From positions 320,001 through 384,000 of the forward strand of contig CAWEYL010000003.1 in the NCBI GenBank assembly GCA_963813335.1: 64,000 bases of DNA, in the 5' to 3' direction. The position numbers were made by a program, and so were the translations under genes. Position 1 is the stretch's first letter. Every line of letters starts with the position of its first letter. The notes under the pieces are model-generated. The model saw only the letters and a list, made by a program, of their open reading frames with translations. It made no database searches and was not told where the DNA came from. This stretch comes from an uncultured Chloroflexia bacterium. GTDB taxonomy: Bacteria > Chloroflexota > Limnocylindria > Limnocylindrales > CSP1-4. Shown piece after piece: positions 1 to 9,486 of this stretch.

Positions 1-338
1 GGCGCACCGGGCAGGCGCGGGTCGCGATCATCGGCTACTACGAGGACGGCCCGAACCTCGTCACCCTGGCCATGAACGGCTGGGGGGAGAAGGAGCCCGC
101 CTGGTGGCTGAACCTCCAGGCGCGGCCCGACACGACGGTCGACCTTCCGGGCGAGACGCGCGCCGTCCGGGCCCGCGCGGCGGTCGGCGAGGAACGCGAC
201 CGGTTGTGGGCGACCTTTAGCGACTATCCCGGCTGGGGCGACGACATCGGCGCCCTCGCCGCGCGCCGACCGACGGAGACGGCGGTCGTCGTGTTCGAGC
301 CCCGGGCCGCCGGCGCCGGGATCGGGGCCGCGTCATGA
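1..338 (+). CDS. Deazaflavin(F420)-dependent nitroreductase (Ddn-like), 5'-truncated by window edge
   Basis: Frame from nt 3 reads RTGQARVAIIGYYEDGPNLVTLAMNGWGEKEPAWWLNLQARP, matching the Ddn-family G...P.W..NL motif. Confidence 0.8.
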   Translation, partial: RTGQARVAIIGYYEDGPNLVTLAMNGWGEKEPAWWLNLQARPDTTVDLPGETRAVRARAAVGEERDRLWATFSDYPGWGDDIGALAARRPTETAVVVFEPRAAGAGIGAAS

Positions 339-742
339 CCGCCATCGTCCTGCGCCGCCCGGGCCGCCTCGCTGTCCGACATCTCTGGCTCATCCCGGGG
401 ATCGCCCTCGGGATCTACGCCAACATGGTCGCAGGGCAGCATGCCCTCGGGCTGGTGCCGGTCCTGGTCTTCGGGATCGTCCCCCACCTCGCGGTCTTCG
501 CCGGGACGGGCCAGCCACACGCCGCGGGCCAGCTCGCACCCCGTGCCGTGCCGCTCTACAACGCGATGCACCGGCCGGCGCTGCCGCTGGCTCTCCTCGC
601 GGTCGCCGCGGTCGGCATCCTCCCGCCGTTCTGGCTCGTGGGCGCCCTCGCGTGGCTGGGGCACATCGTGGCCGACCAGGGCGTCGGCAAGGGGCTGCGG
701 ACGCCCGATGGCTGGCGCCGCCCGCTGTGGCTCGAGCGATGA
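335..742 (+). CDS. DUF4260-like membrane protein
   Basis: Hydrophobic; LYNAMH and WLGHIVADQGVGKGLR motifs; ATGA overlaps with both neighbours. Confidence 0.65.
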   Translation: MTAIVLRRPGRLAVRHLWLIPGIALGIYANMVAGQHALGLVPVLVFGIVPHLAVFAGTGQPHAAGQLAPRAVPLYNAMHRPALPLALLAVAAVGILPPFWLVGALAWLGHIVADQGVGKGLRTPDGWRRPLWLER

Positions 743-1674
743 CGTCGCCGTCGATCGCGTACGACGTGGTCGTGGTCGGCGGGGGGGCGGCCGGCCTGAG
801 CGCCGCGCTCGTGCTGGGCCGGGCCCGGCGACGGGTCGCGGTGGTCGACGCCGGCGCGCCTCGCAACGCGCCGGCGGCCCACATGCAGGGCTTCCTGTCC
901 CGCGACGGGATGCCACCGGCCGAGCTCCTGGCCGCCGGCCGTGCCGAGGTCCACGGATATGGCGTGGACCTGATCGAGGATCGGGTCGCGGCCATCGATC
1001 TCGGGTTCACGGTCCGCCTCGCCGGCGGTCGCGAGCTGGTCGCGCGTCGGATCCTCGTCGCCACCGGCGTCCGAGACGAGCTGCCGGACATCAGCGGCGT
1101 CCGGGAGCGCTGGGGCCGGGACCTGCTCCACTGCCCGTACTGCCACGGCTGGGAGGTCCGCGATCAGCCGATCGGCGTCCTGGGCACGAACCCGGGCGCG
1201 GTCCAGCACGCGCTCCTGGTCCGGCAGTGGTCCGACGACGTCGTCCTCTTCGCCCATATGCTCGAGCTGGGTGCGGACGAGCTCGAACAGCTCCACGCCC
1301 GAGGCGTGCAGGTCGTGGGCGGGGCGGTCGCCCGGCTCGTGATCGAGAACGACCAGCTGACCGGCGTCGAGCTGGCCGGCGGTCAGGTCGTCCCGCGCGC
1401 GGCCGTCTTCATCCGGCCTGTCAACGTGCCGCATGCGGACGGGCTGTTGGCGGGTCTCGGTGTCGAGGTCGATGCCGGCGGTTTCGCGATCGTCGACGCG
1501 GTCGGTCGCACGAGCACGCCCGGCGTCTGGGCCGCCGGCAACGTCGCGGATCCGCGCGCCCAGGTGATCACCTCCGCGGGCATGGGATCCGCTGCGGCGA
1601 TCGCCATCAACGCCGACCTCGTGCAGGACGACGTCGCAACGGCCGTCGAGGACCTGGTACCCCGGCGTCCTTGA
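739..1674 (+). CDS. Thioredoxin-reductase-like FAD/NAD(P) oxidoreductase
   Basis: GGGAAG FAD motif, ATG motif, HCPYCHGWE redox CxxC, GVWAAGN; ATG at 739 overlaps the upstream stop. Confidence 0.9.
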   Translation: MTSPSIAYDVVVVGGGAAGLSAALVLGRARRRVAVVDAGAPRNAPAAHMQGFLSRDGMPPAELLAAGRAEVHGYGVDLIEDRVAAIDLGFTVRLAGGRELVARRILVATGVRDELPDISGVRERWGRDLLHCPYCHGWEVRDQPIGVLGTNPGAVQHALLVRQWSDDVVLFAHMLELGADELEQLHARGVQVVGGAVARLVIENDQLTGVELAGGQVVPRAAVFIRPVNVPHADGLLAGLGVEVDAGGFAIVDAVGRTSTPGVWAAGNVADPRAQVITSAGMGSAAAIAINADLVQDDVATAVEDLVPRRP

Positions 1675-1739
1675 GGGTCGGTGATGGATCACCGAGCGTC
1701 ACCCGGCGCGAGCGGATGCGGGTCGATCGCGATCCGGTC

Positions 1740-1777
1740 TTGACAGCGGACCGACTCCAAGGTCTACGGTTCGCGCC
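1740..1777 (+). promoter_or_regulatory. Sigma70-type leaderless promoter with 19-bp (MerR-type) spacer
   Basis: TTGACA(1740-45)-19 nt-TACGGT(1765-70), then 7 nt to ATG 1778; spacer contains ACTCCAAGGT. Confidence 0.55.
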
Positions 1778-2830
1778 ATGGCAGCGACACCCGAGTCCGG
1801 TTTCCTGGTCATCGCCGACCTGACGGGCTACACCGCGTACTTGGCGGGCAGTGAGATCGAGCATGCCCCGGCGATCGCCGGCGACCTCCTCGAGACGATC
1901 GTCGGCCGCCTGGAGCCCCCGTTCCGGCTGGCCAAGTTCGAGGGCGATGCCGCGTTCCTGTTCGTCGAGGACGGCCGGGCGGACGGCTCGCTGCTGCTCG
2001 ACGCGATCGAGGCCTCCTACCTCGCCTTCCGGCGCCGGCTGCGCAGCATCGACCAGGCGACGACCTGCGACTGCAACTCGTGCCGGCTGGCCCCGAAGCT
2101 CGACCTCAAGGTGTTCCTCCACCACGGCGCCTTCGTCTGGAGCCGCATCGCCGGGCGCGACGAGCTCGCCGGGTCGGACGTGATCATCGTCCACCGGCTG
2201 TTGAAGGGCGCCGGCGCCGCGGAGGCTCGCGCCAACGGCTTCGCGCTGTTCACGGCGGCCGCGGTCGATGCGCTCGGGCTCGATCCCGCCATGGTCGATC
2301 TCCGGCCGGGCCACGAGGACATCGAGCACCTCGGGCAGGTCGACACCTTCACCCTGGACCTCGAGGCGCGCTGGCAGGCGGAAAGCGGGGCGCGACACCT
2401 CGACATCGCCGATGCCGATGCCGCCTTCGACGTGGTGGCGACGCTGGCCGCCGAGCCGTCCGTCGTCTGGGCGCACCTGACGTCGCCGGACCTGCGGACG
2501 CGCTGGGAGGGGCCGATCCGCATCGACGAGACATCGGCCGGCGGGCGCCGCGGCGTGGGCACGACCGCGCAGTGCGTGACCGGCCGGCTGGCCACGCTCG
2601 AGGAGATCGTCGACTGGCAGCCCTACGACCGCGTCGCCTGGCGGCTGACCGTGCCGGGCCTGGGACCGATCGCGGCGACGGCCGATCTGGATCCGGCCGA
2701 CAACGGGACCCGGCTCCGCATCCGCTGGGCCTACCAGGGCGAATCACCCGCGGACCCAGACGCAGTCGAACGGTTGCGCGTCGAGAAGGAAGCTGCCTAC
2801 GCGCGCCTCGCGACGGTCGTTGGCGGTTAG
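1778..2830 (+). CDS. DUF2652 (nucleotide-cyclase-like) domain fused to SRPBCC/START domain
   Basis: IADLTGYT, KFEGDA, CDCNSC, LKVFLHHG, GSDVIIVHRLLK; C-terminal VWAHLT..P....W and EEIVDWQPY. Confidence 0.8.
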   Translation: MAATPESGFLVIADLTGYTAYLAGSEIEHAPAIAGDLLETIVGRLEPPFRLAKFEGDAAFLFVEDGRADGSLLLDAIEASYLAFRRRLRSIDQATTCDCNSCRLAPKLDLKVFLHHGAFVWSRIAGRDELAGSDVIIVHRLLKGAGAAEARANGFALFTAAAVDALGLDPAMVDLRPGHEDIEHLGQVDTFTLDLEARWQAESGARHLDIADADAAFDVVATLAAEPSVVWAHLTSPDLRTRWEGPIRIDETSAGGRRGVGTTAQCVTGRLATLEEIVDWQPYDRVAWRLTVPGLGPIAATADLDPADNGTRLRIRWAYQGESPADPDAVERLRVEKEAAYARLATVVGG

Positions 2831-3858
2831 TGCTCGACGACCTGCTCGAGGGTCCCCGCCGCATCGATCCAGTCGCTGATCTCCGCCTCGCCAGGGACCC
2901 GCCGCACGATGCCGGGCCGGGCGGCCACGACCTCCTGGAAGGTGACCTCGAGGTTGGCCGCGTTACGCCGGGCCAGCTCGGCTGGTGAGCCGACGCCGGC
3001 GGCCACGAGCAGGTCGCTGTACTGCGGCCCGACGCCCGGGACCCGCATGAGGTCGATCTTGTCGACCCACTCGCGGATGCGCTCGCTGCTGATCCCGGTG
3101 GCCTCGGCGATGCGCTCGCGGTCGTACGGCCGGGCACCCGCCGAGAGCAGGTCGTCCGTGGTCTTGATACCCGCCGCGGCGAGCCTCTCGCCGCTGGCCG
3201 GACCGATCCCTTCGACGTCCTCGATCGGCATCCGGTCGACCGCCGGCGGCGGCTCGTCCGGTGCCGCGGCGGCCATCGGGGCGGCGGCCATCGGCGCGGC
3301 GGCGACAGGAGCCGCGACGGGCTCCTCGGCAGCCGGCTGGGCGGCGACGGCCGCTGCCGGCGCGACCATCACCGCTGCGGCGACGGGCGCGGGTGCGGGA
3401 GCGGCCACCGGTGCGGGTGCAGCCGCCGCGACGGGCGCGGCGGCGACGGCCGGTGCCGCTGCCACTGGCTCGCCCACGCCGAAGGCGGCCTTCACCTCGC
3501 TGGTGTTCAAGTACCAGAAGAGCAGGCCGGGCATGATGGCCATCGCGAAGCCGACGCCCGTCCCCGGGAGCTGGAAGAACGCGAGGACCGCCTCGAAGAG
3601 GGCGAAGCCCGTGACGATCAGCGCGAAGACCCGCGCCCACGGCTGGAGTCCCCAGAGGCCGAGGGCGACCAGGATCCAGATGAGCCCGGTGACGACCGCG
3701 AGCCACCCCCACAGCCCGACGCCGTCGAAGGCCGGGATATCGCCCAGCACGCCGAACCAGTCGAAGCCGAGGACGCGCAGGCCGAAGAAGAGGTTGCCGA
3801 AGCCGGCGAGTGCGGCGAAGAAACCCAGGACCGCGATGAGGATGGGCGGGTTCTTCAT
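2827..3858 (-). CDS. Membrane protein with Ala/Pro-rich linker and C-terminal DUF4332 (HhH) domain
   Basis: Four N-terminal TM helices; IEDVEGIGP and DLMRVPGVGPQYSDLL helix-hairpin-helix motifs; GAGG upstream of ATG 3858. Confidence 0.8.
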   Translation of the reverse strand: MKNPPILIAVLGFFAALAGFGNLFFGLRVLGFDWFGVLGDIPAFDGVGLWGWLAVVTGLIWILVALGLWGLQPWARVFALIVTGFALFEAVLAFFQLPGTGVGFAMAIMPGLLFWYLNTSEVKAAFGVGEPVAAAPAVAAAPVAAAAPAPVAAPAPAPVAAAVMVAPAAAVAAQPAAEEPVAAPVAAAPMAAAPMAAAAPDEPPPAVDRMPIEDVEGIGPASGERLAAAGIKTTDDLLSAGARPYDRERIAEATGISSERIREWVDKIDLMRVPGVGPQYSDLLVAAGVGSPAELARRNAANLEVTFQEVVAARPGIVRRVPGEAEISDWIDAAGTLEQVVEH

Positions 3859-4058
3859 GGGTGTGTCCCTCGAGCGCTGCCGACGCGACCGCCATGGTGG
3901 GCGAACGGGCGCCGGCTTCTGTTTCCCGCCAGTCGCGGCGGACGCCCCAATTCTAGGGACCCGGGCCCACGTCCATCCGGGCTGTCGGTACGTCTTCCGC
4001 GGACGTGCCGCATGGCCCCGGGTCCAGGCGGAGAGCGCCACGTACACTCGGTCACACG

Positions 4059-4727
4059 ATGAGAACGACAGGACGGCCAGATCGATCGAGCACCCGGCGC
4101 CCGCGAGCGACATCGTTCCGACGTGGGGGCCGCATGGCGGCGGTGGCCGGTCTGTCGCTGCTGGCCGCGTGTAGTCCAACCGCGTTGGGACCCGTGTCGC
4201 CCACCGCCGCAGGACCCAGCTTGGCAGTCTCGACGCCGCCCGCCAGTCCAAGCGCCGCGGCGAGTGTCGCTGTCGAGGCCAAGCCGGCATGGTTCGACAT
4301 CAGGATGACCGACGTCCTCACCGGCCGGACATTCGCCATCAACGACTTCTCCGGAAAGGTCGTGCTCGTGGAGGCGATGGCGGAGTGGTGTCCCACCTGC
4401 ATCCAGCAGCAGGCCGAGGTGAAGAAGCTCCATGACCAGCTGGGGTCGACCGACGACGTCGTCTCCATCAGCCTCGACATCGACGTCCACGAGGACGAGC
4501 CATCGCTGAAGGAGTACGCCACGGCACTCGGCCACGACTGGCACTACGCGGTGGCGCCCCTCGAGGTCGCCCGAGCCCTGGGCAACCTCTACAGCGCGGA
4601 GTACCTCAATCCACCGTTCTCACCGATGCTGCTCATCGATCGGCACGGCGTTGCGACGAGCCTGCCGTACGGCGTCAAGACCGTGGACTTCCTGCGCACG
4701 ACACTGGAACCGTACCTGGCTCCATGA
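4059..4727 (+). CDS. TlpA/ResA-like thioredoxin-fold lipoprotein
   Basis: Lipobox LLAAC, DFSGKVVLVE, WCPTC; coupled to ccdA; start uncertain (4059 or 4134). Confidence 0.8.
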   Translation: MRTTGRPDRSSTRRPRATSFRRGGRMAAVAGLSLLAACSPTALGPVSPTAAGPSLAVSTPPASPSAAASVAVEAKPAWFDIRMTDVLTGRTFAINDFSGKVVLVEAMAEWCPTCIQQQAEVKKLHDQLGSTDDVVSISLDIDVHEDEPSLKEYATALGHDWHYAVAPLEVARALGNLYSAEYLNPPFSPMLLIDRHGVATSLPYGVKTVDFLRTTLEPYLAP

Positions 4728-5401
4728 CCCAGCTGGACATCGCGATCACCTCGTTCGCGCTCGGCCTCCTGGCCATGACCAGCCCGTGTGTCCTCCCGCT
4801 CTACCCGGGCTTCCTCGCCTACCTTAGCGGCCAGACCGAGCTCACGTCGGCGCGGCGGCGGTTCCTGCTAGGCCCTGCCGTCCTCGCCGGCGTGCTCACG
4901 ATGATGATCGCGCTCGGAGCCGCGATCGCGGGCCTCGCGGTCTCGGTCGGCACGGCCCTGGCGGTCATCATCCCGCTTTCGGCGTTGCTGCTTGCCCTCC
5001 TCGGCGTGGCGCTGCTGCTGGACCACAATCCGTTCAGGAGCCTCCCTCAGGTCCGCATCCCGATCCTGCGCCGGCCACTGTTGAACGCGTACGTCTATGG
5101 CTTGCTGTACGGACCGATCGCGCTGCCCTGCTCCGGGCCCCTCGTCGTCGCGATCTTCGCCCTGTCGCTCACGGTCGGGGAAGCGCTCGACAAGCTGTGG
5201 GTCTTCGTGTGGTTCGGGATCGGGTTCGGCATGCCCCTGTTGATCCTGTCGTTCCTGTCCGGGACGTTCCAGCAGCGCCTGACGCGGGCATTCGCGCGGC
5301 ATGGCCGACGGATCAACACGATCGGCGGTCTGCTGCTGATCGGCATCGCTGTCTACAGCCTGTGGGACAACTGGCCGATGCTCGTTGCCTTCTACGCCTG
5401 A
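4724..5401 (+). CDS. ccdA: Cytochrome c biogenesis protein CcdA (DsbD transmembrane domain)
   Basis: SPCVLPLYPGFLAYL and LPCSGP motifs, six TM helices. Confidence 0.85.
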   Translation: MTQLDIAITSFALGLLAMTSPCVLPLYPGFLAYLSGQTELTSARRRFLLGPAVLAGVLTMMIALGAAIAGLAVSVGTALAVIIPLSALLLALLGVALLLDHNPFRSLPQVRIPILRRPLLNAYVYGLLYGPIALPCSGPLVVAIFALSLTVGEALDKLWVFVWFGIGFGMPLLILSFLSGTFQQRLTRAFARHGRRINTIGGLLLIGIAVYSLWDNWPMLVAFYA

Positions 5402-5468
5402 GCAGACTCCGCTGGCATCCGATCGTCACCGGGCGCCCCGAGGTCGGGGACCCGGGTAGCATCTTGGC

Positions 5469-6020
5469 GTGGTTGCTGTGGACGACGAGCCGGAAACGAC
5501 GCTGGCCGTCGACGAGTTCATCCTGCGGCCGTGGCGCCGGACGGATGCCCCAGCGTTGCTGGCCGCATGCCAGGACCCGGAGATCGCACGATGGGTCACC
5601 ATCCCGCAGCCGTACCAGCAAGCCGACGCGGACGCGTTCATCGAAAGCTCGCTCGCAGCGTGGCGGGACGGCACTGGCGCGCCGTTCGCGATCGTCGACG
5701 CCGCGACCGATCAGCTCCTCGGAGCGGCCACCCGCTTCGGGCCGGACGGGCACCAGGCGACGCTCGGCCTGTGGCTCGTCCAGGAGGCGCGTGGACGCGG
5801 GATCGGCACGCGGTCCATCCGGGCGCTGGCCGACTGGACGTTCGCCACGACAGCGGCCTTCCGCCTCGACGTCTTCATCATGGTCGGCAACGACCCATCG
5901 GAACGCATGGTCGAGCATGCCGGATTCCGGCGTGAGGGCGTCCTTCGCGCCTGGGACCTGCATCACGACGGCGTCCCGGTCGACTGCGTCGTCTACTCGC
6001 GCCTCCGCACCGACGAGTAG
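5469..6020 (+). CDS. RimJ/RimL-type GNAT acetyltransferase
   Basis: LRPWRRTD, ARGRGIGT, GN.PS, GFRREGVLR; TAGCAT -10 element 6 nt before GTG. Confidence 0.85.
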   Translation: MVAVDDEPETTLAVDEFILRPWRRTDAPALLAACQDPEIARWVTIPQPYQQADADAFIESSLAAWRDGTGAPFAIVDAATDQLLGAATRFGPDGHQATLGLWLVQEARGRGIGTRSIRALADWTFATTAAFRLDVFIMVGNDPSERMVEHAGFRREGVLRAWDLHHDGVPVDCVVYSRLRTDE

Positions 6021-6109
6021 GGCCGCGCGCACGACCCCCCGCGTGTCATCCTCGGACTGCACGTACATGCCGCCGGCGGAAGGTTGCCGCCCCTGAAAGG
6101 AACCCTGCC

Positions 6110-7969
6110 ATGTCCGCCGAGTCGTCCGAGTCCGTCCGCACCGCCAACCGCGACTTGCTGCAGTCCCTCCCCTTCGATGACACCCAGGACTTCGAGGACG
6201 CCGAGCGGGGCCTGATCGGGCGGCTCGATCCGTGCGTGATCCGGGCCGCGGACGGCCGCGTGGTCTGGGACAACGAGTCCTACGGTTTCCTCGAAGGAGC
6301 GGCGCCGGAGACCGTCAATCCCAGCCTCTGGCGCCAGTCCCAGCTCGTGGCGTCGGACGGCCTGTTCGAAGTGGTGCCCGGCATCTACCAGGTGCGGGGA
6401 TTCGACCTCTCGAACGTGACATTCGTGGAGGGCGGCACCGGGGTCCTGGTCATCGATCCGCTCATCAGCACGGAAACGGCGTCTGCCGCGCTGGCGTTGT
6501 ATCGCGAGCACCGCGGCGAGCGGCCGGTCGTGGGCGTCATCTACACCCACAGCCACATCGACCACTTCGGTGGGGTCAAGGGCGTGACCAGCCAGGCCGA
6601 CGTGGACGCAGGGCGCTGCGAGATCATCGCGCCCGTCGGGTTCCTGGAGCCTGCGATCGCCGAGAACGTCTACGCCGGGACGGCCATGGCTCGCCGGGCG
6701 GGCTACATGTACGGCGCGGTGCTCGAGCGGGGTCCCGACGGCCAGGTCGGCGCAGGGCTGGGTCAGACCGCCTCCGGCGGCACGGTGACGCTGATCATCC
6801 CGACGGTCAGCATCGCGACCACTGGCGAGGAGCGCGTCGTCGACGGCATCCGCATGGAGTTCCAGCTCACGCCGGGCACCGAGGCGCCCGCGGAGATGAA
6901 CGTCTTCTTCCCCGACCACGGCGCCCTGTGCATGGCGGAGAACACGACCCATACGCTGCACAACATCCTGACCATCCGTGGTGCGCTGGTCCGCGATCCA
7001 CGCATCTGGGCGCGCTACATCACGGAGGCGATCGACCGGTTCGGCGACCGGACCGACGTCGTGTTCGCGTCGCATCACTGGCCCACCTGGGGTCGTTCGC
7101 GCGCGCTTGGCTACCTGGCGCTCCAGCGCGACCTGTACGCCTACCTCCACGACCAGACGCTGCGGATGCTCAACCGGGGCATGGTCGGGTCGGAGATCGC
7201 GGAGGCGATCCAGATGCCCCCGGCGCTGGAGGCCGCATGGCACGCACGCGGCTACTACGGCTCGGTGAGCCACAACGTGAAGGCGATCTATCAACGCTAC
7301 ATGGGCTGGTACGACGGCAACCCGGCGCACCTCTGGCAGCACATCCCGACCGAGGCCGGCCGGCGCTACGTCGCGGCCATGGGGGGCGCGGACGCGGTGC
7401 TGCGCACGGCCCGAGCGGCATTCGACGAAGGGGACTTCCGCTGGGTCGCCGAGCTGGTCGACCACCTCGTCTTCGCCGAGCCTGACAACGCTGCGGCCAG
7501 GGCCCTCCAGGCCGACGCCCTGGAGCAGCTCGGGTTCGGGGCGGAGAACGGCACCTGGCGCAGTGCCTACCTGGCCGGGGCCACGGAACTGCGGCGCGGC
7601 AGCTTCGGCACGCCGACGGCGACCTCTTCCGCTGACCTGCTCGGGGCGCTCTCGCCGGACCAGGTGTTCGACGCCATCGCGATCCGGGTGGATGGACCGC
7701 GAGCATGGGATCTGGCGCTCTCGATCGGCGTGTCCCTGCCTGACACGGGCGAGAGCTATCGGCTGGACCTTCGCAACGGGGTGCTGGTGCACCACGAGGC
7801 ACCCGTCGACGATGTCGCGCTCGTGATCCGCACCTCTCGTGAGGCGCTGCCGGGGCTCCTCGTGGGCAGCACGCAGGGCATCACGCTCGAGGGCGATGCG
7901 ACCGTCCTGGGGCGACTGCTGGCCGTGCTGGAGGCACCGGACCCGGACTTCTCCATCGTCACGCCCTGA
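6110..7969 (+). CDS. Alkyl sulfatase (SdsA1-type metallo-beta-lactamase fold with dimerisation and SCP2 domains)
   Basis: NPSLWRQ, YQVRGFDLSN, THSHIDHFGG, PGTEAPAEM, HNILTIRG, SHHWP, RGYYG. Confidence 0.93.
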   Translation: MSAESSESVRTANRDLLQSLPFDDTQDFEDAERGLIGRLDPCVIRAADGRVVWDNESYGFLEGAAPETVNPSLWRQSQLVASDGLFEVVPGIYQVRGFDLSNVTFVEGGTGVLVIDPLISTETASAALALYREHRGERPVVGVIYTHSHIDHFGGVKGVTSQADVDAGRCEIIAPVGFLEPAIAENVYAGTAMARRAGYMYGAVLERGPDGQVGAGLGQTASGGTVTLIIPTVSIATTGEERVVDGIRMEFQLTPGTEAPAEMNVFFPDHGALCMAENTTHTLHNILTIRGALVRDPRIWARYITEAIDRFGDRTDVVFASHHWPTWGRSRALGYLALQRDLYAYLHDQTLRMLNRGMVGSEIAEAIQMPPALEAAWHARGYYGSVSHNVKAIYQRYMGWYDGNPAHLWQHIPTEAGRRYVAAMGGADAVLRTARAAFDEGDFRWVAELVDHLVFAEPDNAAARALQADALEQLGFGAENGTWRSAYLAGATELRRGSFGTPTATSSADLLGALSPDQVFDAIAIRVDGPRAWDLALSIGVSLPDTGESYRLDLRNGVLVHHEAPVDDVALVIRTSREALPGLLVGSTQGITLEGDATVLGRLLAVLEAPDPDFSIVTP

Positions 7970-7992
7970 CGCCACTGGCGTGCCGGGCCGGG

Positions 7993-8442
7993 TCAGTGAT
8001 GGATCGCGTCAAGCGTCACGCGACGCGCGTGGATGCGGCAGATGACGCGCGTCTCGAGCGCTGCCTGCTGGGCTGGGTAGATGAACCCGTAGTAACGCGG
8101 GTGTTGCGTGTACCGCCGCGTGAGCGCGTCGAGGTGCGCCTCGGCGCCATCGGTGATCAGCTCGGCCTCGCCGCGGACCTGGACGAAGCGGCCGGTGTCA
8201 TCCGGGTCGACGACGAGCAGCGAGACGCTGGGGTCCGCGAGAAGATCCCTGCCCTTTCGCCGTTCCAGCGTGGTGTTCACACGGGCGCACGTCCCGTCGT
8301 AGTCGACCCAGACGAGGCTGGACTGCGGCTGCCCATCGGGGAGCATCGTCGTGAACACGCCGACGAGAGGGCGGGCCAGGAGGTCGAGGTGGGACGCAGC
8401 GACCGGCACGTCGGCGGGTGCGACCGGGCTCGTCACCGTCAT
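7993..8442 (-). CDS. PPOX-class F420-dependent oxidoreductase
   Basis: TTMLPDGQPQSSLVW, RKGRDL..DP.VSL. Confidence 0.85.
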   Translation of the reverse strand: MTVTSPVAPADVPVAASHLDLLARPLVGVFTTMLPDGQPQSSLVWVDYDGTCARVNTTLERRKGRDLLADPSVSLLVVDPDDTGRFVQVRGEAELITDGAEAHLDALTRRYTQHPRYYGFIYPAQQAALETRVICRIHARRVTLDAIHH

Positions 8443-8936
8443 GACGTGCCGCCCTCGCCCCGCGCATCGAACGCCACGACGTGGGTCGGTCGGATCCGGC
8501 ACAGGACGGGGATCTCGGTCTCGGCAAGGACGGCCGGCACGCATTCGCCGAAATAGCGCATCGGCCGACCGGCGTATTTGGACGTGAGCGCGTCGAGGTG
8601 GGCCCCGGCCGCGACCTCGGTCATCTCCGAGACCATGCCGCGCACCTCCAGATACCGTCCGTCGTCGCGGGGGTCGTAGCAGAGGAGCGTCACGCGAGGG
8701 TTGCGTCGCATGTTCCGCTCCTTCTGGAACCCGGCCATCGTGTTCACCCGGACATGTTCGTCATCGAAGTCGCACCAGACGACCGACGTCTGCGGCGAGC
8801 CGTCGGGCATCACGGTCGTGAGCGCGGCCACGGGTGGGCACTCGACCAGGTCCAGGTGCGAATCGGGGATCCGGCGCCGGTCGCCGGGGATGACGCCGAT
8901 CACCGGCGGCCGGATCGAAGGTGGCGACGCGGACAT
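8439..8936 (-). CDS. PPOX-class F420-dependent oxidoreductase (tandem paralogue)
   Basis: TTVMPDGSPQTSVVW, QKERNMRRNPRVTL, YLEVRG. Confidence 0.85.
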   Translation of the reverse strand: MSASPPSIRPPVIGVIPGDRRRIPDSHLDLVECPPVAALTTVMPDGSPQTSVVWCDFDDEHVRVNTMAGFQKERNMRRNPRVTLLCYDPRDDGRYLEVRGMVSEMTEVAAGAHLDALTSKYAGRPMRYFGECVPAVLAETEIPVLCRIRPTHVVAFDARGEGGTS

Positions 8937-9005
8937 GCCGACGACGCTAGCGACGGCGCACGCCGACGGCGAGAGCCGGACGGACCGTTGCCGGCAGGCA
9001 GAGGG

Positions 9006-9281
9006 TCAGCCGATGACGTGCGTCTCCGGGTGCCGCTCGAGGTACGCGCGCACGTACGGACAGGAAGGGATGACGCGGAGCCCGCGCCGCCGTGCGTCGT
9101 CGAGCGCGAAGCGGACGAGTCGATCACCGACGCCTTGCCCTCGATGGGTTGGCAGCACTTCGGTGTGGACGAGCGCGATCCGGCCGCGCTTCACGATGTA
9201 GTCGAGGTAGCCCGCGACGGTGCCGTCGTCACGCGCCTCGTACCGCTGCGCGTCTTCGGCATCCACGATCGTCAGTCCCAT
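9006..9281 (-). CDS. Small GNAT (YjdJ/Acetyltransf_CG type)
   Basis: HTEV...RGQGVG and VIPSCPYV motifs; TACCAT -10 element before ATG 9281. Confidence 0.85.
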   Translation of the reverse strand: MGLTIVDAEDAQRYEARDDGTVAGYLDYIVKRGRIALVHTEVLPTHRGQGVGDRLVRFALDDARRRGLRVIPSCPYVRAYLERHPETHVIG

Positions 9282-9486
9282 GGCGACCGATGGTACGGCG
9301 CCGTGGCTCGGCGGGCCCGGCCATCGACGACCACCCATTCACCCGGGGTGGATCGACGTCGGGATGATGGCTGCCGATCCCTCCTGACGCACGATGCGAT
9401 CTGGCCGTTCTGTCGGTCTGCGACGCAACTAGGCTTGCAGGTGATTCGACGAAGAGCCGGTTACCGCCGGCGTTGGGAGTGATGCG

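Noticed and set aside
3870-3950. ZTP (pfl) riboswitch-like GCGACTGGCG in the 5' leader of the DUF4332 gene
   Set aside because: Lacks the GGGGAGCG and CCGCCTGGG elements, and the downstream gene is unrelated to purine/folate metabolism
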